A stretch of DNA of 61,725 bases, the filler included, from Bipalium vagum (Eukaryota), in NCBI GenBank assembly GCA_037834085.1. It is 3 parts of 3 records of this genome, joined end to end, with 100 filler letters (N's around TTAATTAATTAA, not from the genome) between each part and the next. Parts side by side here need not be neighbours in the genome. Positions count along the whole stretch, not along the records: positions 1 to 27,112 come from JBBMKC010106771.1; positions 27,213 to 44,151 come from JBBMKC010085188.1; 1 more part is not named here. One strand, 5' to 3'. Below the pieces are notes generated by a model. The model had not been told where the DNA came from, searched no databases, and saw nothing but the letters and a program-made list of their open reading frames with translations. Both the position numbers and the translations under genes were made by a program. Positions 1 through 35,744 of the stretch are shown here, in pieces (the first letter of the stretch is position 1; each line of letters opens with the position of its first letter).

Positions 1-2169
1 ATAAATAATAATAATAAATAATAATAATAAATACATAAATAAAATAAAGAAAAAATTTTTATTTTCATGAGATTTATTAAGAAGCAAAATTTTTTGAAAT
101 AATTATTAGTAATAAAATAAAATAATTTTTTTAATTGAACGATTTTACTCGTACCTATTGAATTTTGCATTATTGATAAAATATTATATTTATATTTTAC
201 TTTCTCTGATCCTTTTTTTGAAAGTATAATAATTCGACAAATATAATTCTGTGTGATCTGAAATTCTTCAAGGATAATGGAAAGGATATTAATCTGAGAT
301 TATTTATTTTTAAATATCTTCACTAAAAATATTTGGATTAAAATAACAAAAACAACCACAAAATATACATAAAAATTCCTGTTGTAAAATTTGTTTTTTT
401 CCTAATTTATTTTCAATTTTTATCAAAACTCACTTTTTTCCTATTGCAAATAATGTATCCATAATGAAATTGTGTGATGAAAAATTTTTTTCTCTTGAGA
501 CTTTCCTAAGTAAAATTCTCAGAAAATATAAATTGTGTGCTCATAAAAATAATTTTTACAGTTTTGTGCGATGTTTGTGGAGATTTTTGTTGATTATGGG
601 AAATTGATCTTCTGAACTGAATATTGTGGTCAGAGATTTGATTGGAAATAATACGCAGTCAAAAATTTTCAAGTTGAACGCTTTTTAAGCTGAACAGTTT
701 TTGAAATGAACAAACTTTTAAATTTTTTGGAACGACGGGTGTTCTAACTTAAGGTCACATTTTAAATTTTCAATAAAATAAGCAAATGTAACAATATGTC
801 TAATTACAATGATGGCACATAGATTGCGATTTAATAATAAAGAATAATGCAAAGTAAGTGACCTCCCGTTGCTACTTGTCAAGAATCCATTCTTTTACAA
901 AAGTTTTGTATGATATTTTGACCTATTGCACAATTTGAGGTATGGGTATCCGGAGTGTTAAATTCAGAATGGAAAAAATGCATCAAAAATTGTGTTGAGT
1001 GAAAGCCGAAAAAAGTATTTTTTTGTTTGGTTTCTTAGTCAAATACTCTCCTTTAGTCAGTACTCTCCAATAAATTCAACGTATTTATCAATAATCAGAA
1101 AATTTCCATCTAATCTTAATTTACAATTGGAACCACCTATCTAAACATGGTAACAAATTTGAATTTTTTAATTGAATCTTCAGTAACGTTATTGGAAATT
1201 CTAAAAATATCCCCCACAAAACTGATAACATTTTATTAATTAATACTATAATTATAATTAATACTATAAATTGCAAGTTATTATTGAACAGTTTCATTAA
1301 CTTTTAATGTCAAAAAATCCTCCTGGAAATGTATTTAATCTCCCCGTTATTCTCGAATCAGAAATTAGTCGAAGTAATTAAATATTAAATAAACAAATAT
1401 TTGTATTAATAAAACTATTTCCTTCGTCTATCGATGTCGGATTTCGGTAGGTCGAAAGAACTTTCAACTTTATCTAAGAAATAAAATATTTTATGATTGA
1501 TTTTTCAACATTGGCTGATCGATCAACCTCGTTTCGTAATGAAGAATTTTAAATCAAAAAGAAACTGGATAATTATTTTATCTAATCGTTTTGAGAAATG
1601 TGATAATGCCAGAGATTCGAACAATGTAATCATGATGAATTCCTTTTACTAAATACATTAAATTGTCTGCGATTAGAATAAGAATGATAATCTCGATAAT
1701 TTATCAAGAGAAGTTCTAGATATAACCTCTTATAAAAAGGTTATTAAAAAGAAAAAATAAACCTAATATTTTGGAATTATATATTTTAATTATAATTTAT
1801 AATTTATAATTAATTGATATTTATCGACCAGTACACTCTTCTGCTCTAATTGGTTCTAATTGTTTCTAATATTTTAATAGATTTTCTATATATTTAAATA
1901 AAATAAACACTACATTATTTTTGAAAGTAAAAACTAATTAGAAACACAATACATTGATTATTCATAGATTGTGCAAAATAAAAATATTTTTGATTTTGCA
2001 AATAATTATAAAATTATTTTAAAAAATAATAAAAAATATTCTTAAGTCATTTGCAAATTTGAGTAACAAAGATGTTTATTTTGGTCATAAAGTTTGCAGA
2101 AATGACGTCCTTTAAAAGACCCTTAAATATTGTAAAAGATAAACAAAAAATATTTAAGATTACTTCGGT

Positions 2170-2790
2170 AAAATCTCGTAATGCCTTTTCTATTTTAAAC
2201 GAAGTTCAACATGATCACCTTACGATACAAAATTTCGAGATGCAGGACCTTGGATGGGTTCTCATTTTTGAAAACCCATAGCTTTGATTATCTTTTATAG
2301 AAAGGGAGATAGATTTTTATTCTGTCTCATCTTTAGTCATTATATTGAATAAATAATTTGGTCTGATTGCCCTCTAGAAGGGGAAGATTCCTTCCACAGT
2401 CCATTTTTCATCTAGTCATCATTTCAACTCTTAAATATCTTGACACGAATCTGATACATATCTTTCGGATTCCCATTTGCTCTAGAAGCCGCAGGACAGT
2501 TCTTTTGCATACATTTAGCCTCTCAGATAGCTACGGTTTAGTAGTTTTTCGTTCACATGTCACAATATCTTTCAATTTTGTAATTTCTTCACTAATTTCG
2601 ACAGGTCTTCCACTTTTAGTTTCATTAACAGCACTTGTTCAACCAGATGAAAATTATCGAATCTTGTTATAAATGGTTGCCTGAGATGGCGCTTCTTTAC
2701 CGTATATCTCTTGAAGCTGATTGATAATTTCATTATTGCCAAATCCATTGAGAAGTTAAAAAAAGATCGCTCTGCGAAATTCAACATTTC
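2170..2790 (-). mobile_element. Decayed mariner transposase (N-terminal HTH to start of DDD domain)
   Basis: With stops: EIINQLQEIYGKEAPSQATIYN...KSGRPVE...GIRKICIRFVSRYL (WVPxxL-like). Confidence 0.8.
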
Positions 2791-3241
2791 CGAACTTTTT
2801 TTGAACTAATCTAATTTAGTGCTAACAAAAATCAGAATATTTAAACAAATCGTACATTTCATACTTATATATGATTATTATTTTATGTGTAAACTTTATT
2901 TAAGAACCGTAAATATAATATAGGGCCTAAGTAATTCTTAGCCTTACCATATATGTCAACAATAAGATGCAAAAAACAGTGAAGGAAAAAGAATTGAAGT
3001 TGGTCGTTGGTATTAAAAAAATCAAAAAATTAAGTATCAAAAAATTAATTCATGTATTGATTAAAATTGAATGCCACGAGGGCACTAATCGGTATACTTT
3101 TGAGGGCATCAGATTAATTCTTTATTTTAGTTGTAAATCTCATTATTTTATTTCCCTGTATTATATATTTATATATTATGTTTATTAATTATATATAATA
3201 ATATTATATTAAATCATTCATTACATTATTTATATTTTTAG

Positions 3242-26340
<23,099 letters not shown>

Positions 26341-27112
26341 TGAAAAGGTTATTTAATGTGGTCGTGGCCATGAATTTAAGAAAAGTAGGTTGAGAAAAGA
26401 TAGAATCTCAAAATGGAAACTTAAAACGAAATGTGTTGATGAAATGAAAATTTATTGGTTTTGAAATATCTTCTTGACACTGAATAAAATTTTGCCAAAG
26501 TGAAGAGCTTTGAAGGTTCAATTTATTCTGCATTGCGGGAATTAGTATAATCTCAAAAGAATGGTTTTCATTTTTTATCTCTATCTAACTTTCTCATGGG
26601 AAAACCATTGAATTTGAAAACCATGGGAAGTTTTTATATCCACTCTCGTCAGATTTTTGCCATGCTGTTTAACAAAACCAATAAAGTTTTTTCACAACTT
26701 CTGAGGAAATAAATCTTTAATCTTCAATGCAATATTTCAATTTAATTTCAATATATACACGACTTAACTTTTTTACTAGTGTGATCCTGTAAGATTCTTG
26801 GTTTGCATTTAATATATTTATGACATTGTTTAAGGTAACCATGTTTGTTTGAGAGTTGAAATGTAAAGATATTATTCACGTCATTATTCATTATGAAATT
26901 CTATGATTAAATGTTAAATTCATAATAATTATTGATCAATTATCGTTCCTAGCGAAAATTATAATCGAAACAAATATAACAAAATTAACATCGACATCAT
27001 GTATATATTTGAAACAAGTATATAACTGCTAGTAGCTTGCGACTCAAGGGTTGTAGTTTACCTTCTATATGGACTTATTTTTATAAATAAAATCTTGTCT
27101 GAATTTATATTT

Positions 27113-27212
27113 NNNNNNNNNNNNNNNNNNNNNNNNNNNNNNNNNNNNNNNNNNNNTTAATTAATTAANNNNNNNNNNNNNNNNNNNNNNNNNNNNNNNN
27201 NNNNNNNNNNNN
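27113..27212. other. Artificial 100-bp contig spacer (44N-TTAATTAATTAA-44N)
   Basis: Six-frame stop linker, identical to 44152-44251. Confidence 0.97.
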
Positions 27213-28284
27213 GTACGCGCACTAAATCCTTCTGAATTTGCATATATTTTATGTTAAGTTCCTAAAAAGACCACTATCGACATTCTTAATCCAATAAATA
27301 TAAAAAGTCCACTATCGATATTTTTAACCGATTAAATATTAATCAATATTAATTATTATTATTTATAATCATTTATCTTTTAAATCTCTCGTCTTTTTAA
27401 AACTTAACAAATTTAATTTATAAATAAGGAATTGTTTTCCGAAAGTTTCACAAGAACACTTCATTGTAGAGTTATTGTCTCCTAGATCAATATGGATAAA
27501 TATTACAACAATGGAAAACTTGTAAATCATGAAATTGGAATTTAACTTACAGAACAGCAAAGGGTCATAATTATAACTATATCATCGATCCCAAGATAAT
27601 CTGATGGAAATTACAGTTCAGATTTTGGTTAACTTCTGATTCACAAGAAACACTAACCAAGTAATACCCGTTCATCAATTGTATAGTAAAATAATTATAA
27701 ACCTTAACCTTATTCGTACAAGATGCAATATTTTTTGTAAAATATCTTTATAATATCACATCGAGGCAAACTAGACGCACTAGATAACAATGGAATATGT
27801 AGAAAGATCTATTTATGAAACTGGAAGAAAAATTGAATCTTATTTGATTTAAATACCATCGATTAGTCATTTGTTTTAAATAATCAATTAAATCAAAAAT
27901 AACAAGAAATATTTTAATAAAAACCTTTAAATTTTAGTTTTTAATAATAATAATAATAATTATTATTATTATTATTATAAAACTTGAAAATTATTAAAAA
28001 TTCATTTGCGAATAAAATAAATTAAAAAATAAATTTTAAATTACCGTGTAAAATAAAATTTAAAAATTTTTAATTTAAATAATATTTTAAAAATTATTTA
28101 AAGTTCTTTTAAAGTATATAATTATTTTTATTAACTTTATCTTAATAAAATCATAATTACAGATTAATTAATTATTTATTTTAAAAAGCTTTTAAAATAT
28201 TTAAAGGTTTATTAACTCTAAAATTTTGGACTTTTTTACAACTATGTTTAATACATTACTTTAAACTTTTTTTAATTTAATCCT

Positions 28285-28520
28285 TTTACTCCTCCACAAT
28301 TACAGTTTTTAAGTTTTCCACATTCCTTTTTTTTCTATCTGTCTTGAATTTTTAGCGATATTTTCTCCAGAATCCTAAGAGGGCCTAAATATTTTTCATT
28401 TTCCTTTTATCTTTCATCTAAGATGACTAATGACTTTTCCTACTTCGAACTGTCGTTTTGCTAGGTTGTTTTCGATGATTTATTTTTCATCTTATTCACT
28501 ATCGACCCATTGTTCTCTGT
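28285..28520 (-). mobile_element. Decayed Gypsy-type integrase C-terminus (GPY/F module)
   Basis: KRQFEVG..., EKYLGPLRILEKIS, RNVENLK, ending in purine-rich gtggaggag. Confidence 0.6.
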
Positions 28521-29112
28521 GTATTCTGATATCGAATATAACTCTATTTTGACATTCCTATTGTCTTTTGATTTATTTCCTTTATAATATAATCAATATC
28601 TGAGATCTTCATGCATTTTCTAACAATTATGTTATAACATTACTTTAAAAATTTTTAAATTTAGTTTTTAATTCTAATTTACAATTTACAACATTTACAC
28701 ATAAATAAACCTAATAAGTAATCTAATACAATTTTGATTGCAATTTTAAATTTCACAGATCATAATTGATTCAAATAAACAGAAAAATAAACTTCGTCGC
28801 TTTAATTGATTAAAATAAACTTAAGCATTTTAATTGATTTAAATAAACAACCAAATGAACTTTAATATTTAAATCAGATTTCAATAAAAATTTTTAATTA
28901 AATTCTTTTTATTTTAAGAATAAATTAATTAGAATTAATTAGAATAAATTAATTTAAATAAATAAGAATAAATTTATTAAATTTTTAAAAATAGACCTAA
29001 ATTTTAATAATTTATTAAAATAAGTGTAATATTCAAAAAAATTATTTAATTTCTAATTTAAAAAAATAAAATAATTTGTTTAAATAATAAAGAAAAGAAC
29101 TTCAATAAAAAA

Positions 29113-30192
29113 GTGTTCAGAAAAATAAATGGTCTTCAGAACCAATTTGAGATAAATAACAAAAATAAAAATTATTGGGTTAATCAGAAATTAGGACCTA
29201 AAAGTTTAGTGGACAACAGATTTCGTGAGAGCCGGTTCAAAAGTGAGAATCTAAGCAAAGAAAAATTAGCAAGCCGAGCAGATCGGTTCAAAGATCACCT
29301 GTCAAACGAAAAATTTACTTCCCAGAATGATTTCAACAGAATCAATACCAATTTAGATGAAACTGGGACGTGGAGAAGTGAAAAGATTATCGGTACATGT
29401 CAGAATTTGGAAAAGAAATACCTCAGGTTAACAAGATCTCCTAAACCGTCAGAGGTTCGTCCAGAAAGTGTTTTGAGAATGTCTTTGGTATACATTAAAA
29501 AACTCTGGTACGAAGACCACATCGATTATCGTCACATAAATGAACAGTTTAAAAGCATTAGACAAGACTTGACCGTTCAATATATTCGGAACGACTTTAC
29601 ATTAACCGTTTATAAAGAACATGCTTACATTGCCTTAGAGGTGAATGACCACGAAGAATTCAATCGCTGTCAAAGTCAAATAAAACTTCTCTACGAAGAA
29701 GGGGTAGTTTGTCAAGACTATTTAGAATTCACTGCTTACCGATTAATATATTACATGTTCGCCAAGGACTTTTTAAATATCAATACCACCATGGCTTCTC
29801 TACAGGAGCATCACAAGGAAAACCCTTGTCTTTCCTTTGCCTTAAAATTAAGGACAGCGTGGTCCACTAATAATTTCTATTGCTTTTTTAAACTCGCCTG
29901 TTCTGACTTTGTTCCCAAACGATGTAGGTCCATCGTTAGTTGGTTTATCGACCGTGAAAGAAAAAATACAATCAGGTCAATTCTTAAAAGTTACAGACCT
30001 CATGTGGAGATACCCTTTCTGACTAATTTGCTCGGGTTTCGAACGCGAGAGGAGTTCATTAAATTTGTTTCTTTGACAATGGTAAAACCTGGTTCCGAAA
30101 CACGCCCTCTGAAATACCTCTTTGTCAACGGTGATACCTCCAGCGACAAGCTGGATGTAAAGTCGTGCTCAGCAGCTTTTTATGATTTATAA
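29113..30192 (+). CDS. LENG8: SAC3/GANP-domain protein, LENG8/THP3-like; true 5' end unresolved
   Basis: IIGTCQNLEKKYLRLT..P.PSEVRPE.VL, EQFKSIRQDLTVQ, HAYIALE.ND.EEFNRCQSQ, EFTAYR; uninterrupted ORF with no in-frame ATG upstream of the domain. Confidence 0.9.
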   Translation: MFRKINGLQNQFEINNKNKNYWVNQKLGPKSLVDNRFRESRFKSENLSKEKLASRADRFKDHLSNEKFTSQNDFNRINTNLDETGTWRSEKIIGTCQNLEKKYLRLTRSPKPSEVRPESVLRMSLVYIKKLWYEDHIDYRHINEQFKSIRQDLTVQYIRNDFTLTVYKEHAYIALEVNDHEEFNRCQSQIKLLYEEGVVCQDYLEFTAYRLIYYMFAKDFLNINTTMASLQEHHKENPCLSFALKLRTAWSTNNFYCFFKLACSDFVPKRCRSIVSWFIDRERKNTIRSILKSYRPHVEIPFLTNLLGFRTREEFIKFVSLTMVKPGSETRPLKYLFVNGDTSSDKLDVKSCSAAFYDL

Positions 30193-30529
30193 TTGCTTTG
30201 TTATGTAAATTATTTTCTTTCTCAAAGATCGGAGATCTTGAAATATCTTTTAAAAAATAAATCTTACATCGTTTTCTCTGAGTCTTTTCAATTTTAGTTG
30301 TAGAAAGTATCACCAAGATTTCTTACTATAAGGTTATACATGGACATTTAAGACCCTCTAAAGGAAAAGTACTAATGATGTACAGAATTATATCTTTGAA
30401 AGGGGCCCTGGGTATTTGTAATGCTATTTATGTTATCCTTGACCACAGTGTTTATTCTAGTAATAAACAGCAACATTGATATGGGGACACTCCTACATGG
30501 CTCCTCTTATTGTTGGAATCGAGACGGTT

Positions 30530-31560
30530 ACGTAAAAAAAATCCTAGTGCAACAGTTAGGTATAGCTAATGAAGGGAGTTTTTCAATATCATGTATCCAA
30601 AGAATTTCAATAATTAGGAAACGCTTCAGGAGGTATACAAAGACACCATAATCGTACATACCTTCTTGCAAAGGTTGTCCAAAATTGTTTTTCATCTCAA
30701 TATTTATGTAGTTTGCATCATCAAAGAAGTTGTTCAACATATATTATTCTGTTCAGCCTTTTGTGGAAATCTTTTGTACAGTTTGAAGGTCGCAGTGGAT
30801 CCAACAGCAGGGATATGAAAAGCAGTCAGTGATTGTCGTTCCATGAAATTGGTCACAGTATTATTTCCCAATCTTCTAAGTGGTTAAAAAGAATAAACCG
30901 AAAAACCCGACATGTTATCAAGGCTGGTTCTGGACCCACCTGTACGCAAAGCTTAAGATCTTTTTGGGTTACATTAGTCTGAATGAATGCTTCAATATCA
31001 TAATTTGAAAGTTAATCTGACAATCTTGTTTTTTGAGGTATTTCTATCAGGTGGTATATGTGATAACTCGTTGTTTGGTAAGGTTTCTCCTTTGTGTTGT
31101 TTTCAGTGCTTGAATATTATCGTCAATGTTCTTATATGCTTTTCAACGGCCTCCCAAAAAAATTTTCACTTTTTCTGATTTGATGAATATAGTTTTGAAG
31201 TGAAATTTTTGAGACTTCAATTTTCCTTGTCTGGTAATAGATTATAATTTCTTAAATGCTCGGGTGGCAGTCGGTTGTTTGCTTTTATCTGCATTATTGC
31301 TTTCTTTATGATGATATTATGTGTTGCTGATACTGTTAAGGCCGACTGATGGCTATAGATCTGGTTCTCCACAAAAACCTTGTAGTTTTCATATATTGCA
31401 GTCATGATTGAAGAAATCGATCCGGGTTGGTCCAGTTTGACGCCAGTTTGTTGGTGTTGTGGCTCATGAATCCGTTCTCTATATCTTTTGACTTCGGTAT
31501 TATTCTTATTCAGGCCATTTTTTGTCCTCAGTGTGGTGGTGTGAGAAGTCACGCCAGTTT
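30530..31560 (-). pseudogene. Decayed Ulp1/C48 peptidase-containing ORF, probably transposon-derived
   Basis: Ordered motifs D*LSNYDIEAF, IIL*PISWNDNH*LLFI..LLDPL, PLQEGMYDYGVFV, with stops and frameshifts. Confidence 0.65.
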
Positions 31561-32269
31561 GTTGGATGATTGTTGGTCAAAGGTAGCTCGCAAATCTTGT
31601 CATTCCGCGGGAGAAAGTGAGTTATTGAGTGGAACCCGTCATGTCTGGACTGACTGATTGATTTTTATAACAGTTCCCTTAAGTTTTTTTTGTGTTATTT
31701 TTGATGCATGGAATTTAGCATTATCATCTGCTAACCAAACTGGGTCTTATTTTTTGAAGAGCGAAATCGAAATTGTCTAATTAATGGTATTAATGTTAAT
31801 GAATGTTCAGTGTAAAGGGATTGGAAAAATCAACAATAATAATAAATATAAAATTTTGATCAAGAAGGTCAATGCTTTCAACATGTTGAACAATTTCATA
31901 CTTACATTTGTCTGACGCTTTCGATTCATATTTGAACTATCTAAAATATTAGAGTAAAATTATAATACTCAGCGTGTTTCATAAAAACCACGCTTTTTAT
32001 CAACTCTTACAAGAGAAAAAACAAAATAAAATAGATTAATACAAACAGGAGTAGTTAAGAGTCTTGAAACGCTTGTTCATTTTTAGAAGTTAACACCTGA
32101 TGACTGTCTTGTCGTAACCTTTCCCATTTTGATTCTTTGGTTTTGCAATTTCTTCTAAAACTTTTATGAATAAAAATAAATTTGCCAAACCCCAAAGATT
32201 TAGCTCGATCTTTAATATTTTCTCCAAAACTTCGAATTTGTTAAGTCACTTTTTCTAATGACATTATTA

Positions 32270-32660
32270 AATAAATAAATTATTTATTACTAATGAAATA
32301 TATTATATTAATAATATATTTTAAAATATTATTTATTACTAAAAAAAATATATTATTTATTATTTAAAAATGTATTATTTATTACTTAAAAAATTTATTA
32401 TTTATTACTAATGATATATATTATATTAATAATATATTTTAAAATATTATTTATTACTAAGAAAATATATTATTTATTATTAAAGAAATATATTATTTAT
32501 TATTAAAGAAATATATTATTTATTATTAAAGAAATATATTATTTATTATTAAAAAAATATGTGATTTATTATTAAATAAATATATATTATTTAATAATAT
32601 TATTTATTATAATATTTTTATTATTATAATATTATTTATTATTAAATAAATATATTATGT
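32270..32660. repeat. AT-rich minisatellite (about 23-bp unit aaatatattatttattattaaag)
   Basis: Tandem copies visible, near-perfect at about 32463-32555. Confidence 0.85.
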
Positions 32661-33929
32661 TTATAATTGGAATATTTAAAGGTTTAATTTTTTTCTTTTC
32701 TTTTTCTTTTTAAAAAAATAATTAAAAATATTAATTTTATTTGAATAAAATTTTAATTAAAAAACTAATTATTTATTTATTATTTTCGATTAAATTAAAT
32801 TAACAAAAAATTTTTTTAATTAAATCGATCTGAAATGAGAAAAATCATTTACAAAATTTTAATATTGTAAACCAAGTTTTAAAGATGATTTAAATAACAA
32901 AAATATTTTTTATTAAAATAATTCTTAGTCATAATATGAATAAACATGACCAAAATGGCCAAATTTTTTGGTCGTTGCTATCACCTTAAATAATGATTTT
33001 TTTTAAAATAAATGTCATTAAATTTTTAATTTATTATTATTAATTTCTATAGAGAATCATCGAATTTGTGAATAAAACTTTCTTTAAAAAATGTAAATAG
33101 ATCGATTGAAAAAATTTTTAAAAAATTGTCTAATTTATTTATATTTTTAAAATGAAAATATAAAAAATTATTTAAAATTGTATTAGTAAAAATAAATAAT
33201 TAATGAAAAATACTTTATTTAGCATTTTTATTTGAATAATATTTTATTATTTAATTATTTATGTAACGAAACATTAATACTTGATGGTTTTATGAGATTG
33301 TTCTATTTTTAAACATTTTTCAGACCTCAATTTTAATTTTATTCTTTCAGTTTTTCTGTTTTAATTTCGAGTCTTGCGCTCACAGACCATTCTCCTCGTT
33401 AAATTTAATTTACCTTTCCAACATAAACGACGCCTGTTTTTAATCAAGAATTTTGTCAATTATTGCCCTGATAGGGCGCAGTCTGAACATTGTAATACAA
33501 TTATCGCGTAGTCACAGAATTCAGCACGAAAATAATTTCAACATTATTATTAATGTCGACTGATAAGAGGGGTTAGAAAGCAGTAGAGCTGCTGCACCTG
33601 GTTCAGCTGCTGCGAACCGAAAACAGGGACATGGAATCAAGGACACCATAAGATAAACTTGAAAATATCACAGTGCCAATGTACAGAGCTTTCGGAACGG
33701 CTTTGAACTATTTTTTTAAAATTCTACAGCATAGAAATAAAAATATTTACATTGAATAAAATCAGGTCTGTTCGACAATCGATTAAGGTAATTTTAAAGT
33801 CGAAACAAAAATTGAATTCCAAAAAATATGTTCCAAACTTTGCCCTCCCTCCTTCAAGAACTGTCTTAGGTTATCCCGAAAGACTTGGTTGTCTGCAATA
33901 ACAAAGAAAACCTTTCATTATTACACATA

Positions 33930-34370
33930 CTGTACAAATTTCTGTAAAAATAAGTTGCCATCTTTCGGGTAATTTCATTATTCCATTTTCGTAAAGATTA
34001 TTTTTTCAAGAAGAGAAAATCTTCAAGATATGTTTTATGGTTTCTCCAGAGCTTTTATTTTTAAAATCAAATTTGTTACATAGAAAGGAACAAATGGTAA
34101 TCTTTGAGTGTAATGTCTGGCATGCACTATAGATATGGAAATACATTCCATCAAGTTCCACCAATTTCGAACAAATGATATGAATGAGATGAAATATTAT
34201 ATGTGTGTGTGATTTGCGAATTCTGGACGCTTCTGTTGCAAGGAATTGATGACTTTTCATTGTGCATATATATTTTTGTTAGATGCATTGCTTCTGTTAG
34301 GTGATAGGACCAGTATACAATGATATTGTAATTCAACCTACCGGATACTGTGCAAATCAAGTTATGATTT
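33930..34370 (-). mobile_element. Decayed mariner transposase C-terminal half
   Basis: QQKRPEF, WNVFPYL*CMPDITLKDYHLFLS, YENGIMKLPERWQ. Confidence 0.8.
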
Positions 34371-35095
34371 GAATTGAAATAACTCATACTATTTAAAATT
34401 GAAAATTTTAATATTTGAATAATAAACAAGCACGCTAATTTCCTTTTTTATGATTAGATACTAAGATAATCTTATAGATCAAATGATACACAGCAACACT
34501 AAGATTTATTATTCTTTAACTAAAAATCGATAACAATGATCACAAAGCGGTAAAACTAATCACCAAATATCCCGTAAATCAATTATGAGTTTTTCAACAC
34601 TTCTCCAAATCCTATTCAGTACAATACTCCTACCTCCAAAAGATTTCCCAAGCACCCCACAATCTCGTCAAGCGATACCCTCAAAATAAATAAATCACGC
34701 CACCAATATCAAGAACGAATGACCCACAAATCCGCTGGATAATAATTATTGTAAAATTAAGATAAGAAAGTAAATTAAAGAACAAATTAAGTAATGAAAA
34801 AATTAAATAGAAAGAATATCCTTCAAGATTGGAGAACCCTCTGGATCTCTGGGCCAGCAACGAGTCGCTCACCGGGTCATTCATCGCAGACCGAGCTTGG
34901 CGGAATCCAATATTGTTGAAGAATAATGGATCTGACACATTTCTTGAATTTCACAAATTCAAATATTTCTTTCTGCAAGTTTAAATTCATTAACGAAAAT
35001 TTCCCATAAACAAAGTCGGGAAATTCTTAAATAAAATATCGCCCATAACAATAAGCACAATAAATTTTATCGGTCCTCATTTAAAAAATATGAAG

Positions 35096-35420
35096 ATCTC
35101 AATTGAAAGAAAAGATCGTGTCCAGATTATTTTGCCAACCTAACAATTTGCTGATGTTTATCACCTCCTCGTCGCATGATGAAAGGAAAAACCATTGATG
35201 TTTTAAACGTTCCCAGACCACGCCTTCAACCAACTATCCGCTTTTGATGGTCTGGTTGAACTTGTTTTTCTTGTCATATCCAATAAGGTGGTTGAAAGAC
35301 GAAAAAATTACCCGGCTTTCCATAATAGTAACATTCATTAAAAAATCTGTACATTCGCTCAAAATCCTTTCCAAGCTACAAGTATCAGTTGATATCAGAT
35401 TTAACATGCCATCGGTAGTG
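35096..35420 (-). pseudogene. Decayed tandem copy of the 3' part of the adjacent sirtuin gene
   Basis: SSCDEEVINISKLLGWQNNLDTIFSFN* vs intact STCDEAVKSISELLGWQKELNEIYSTFN*; collinear at an offset of 646-649 bp; in-frame TAG. Confidence 0.85.
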
Positions 35421-35744
35421 TTATTGACTAATTTACGGACAAATACTGAATAATGATCACACTGAACAAGTTCTGGTAAGAAAATTTAAAAGTAAAATTC
35501 CCGATTGAAATTCATTAATAAAAATCTCTACACATGAATATCTAATGAACAAATAAACATCTTTAGATATAATGAGACGATTTCAATAAAGAAATATTAT
35601 TATTCATTAAAAATATTATTAAATTTTAACGATTCTCTTTCAAATGAAAACGACATCGACTTTTTATTTATTAAATAAAATCAATTAAAAATTATGAAAG
35701 CCAACTCAACCAAATTCAGTACAATAATAGTGCCGAAAACCATC

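Noticed and set aside
27157-27168. TTAATTAATTAA as a biological palindrome or piggyBac TTAA site
   Set aside because: Centred between two 44-N runs and repeated identically at 44196-44207; a synthetic linker.
30530-31560. Alternative genetic code (TGA=Trp) suggested by repeated TGA at Trp-like positions
   Set aside because: The same region also has TAA, frameshifts and a mutated catalytic Cys. Intact genes on this contig use TGG for Trp, and the sirtuin terminates at TGA.
32270-32660. CRISPR-like array of ~23-bp repeats
   Set aside because: No unique spacers, almost pure A/T and eukaryotic context; it is a minisatellite.
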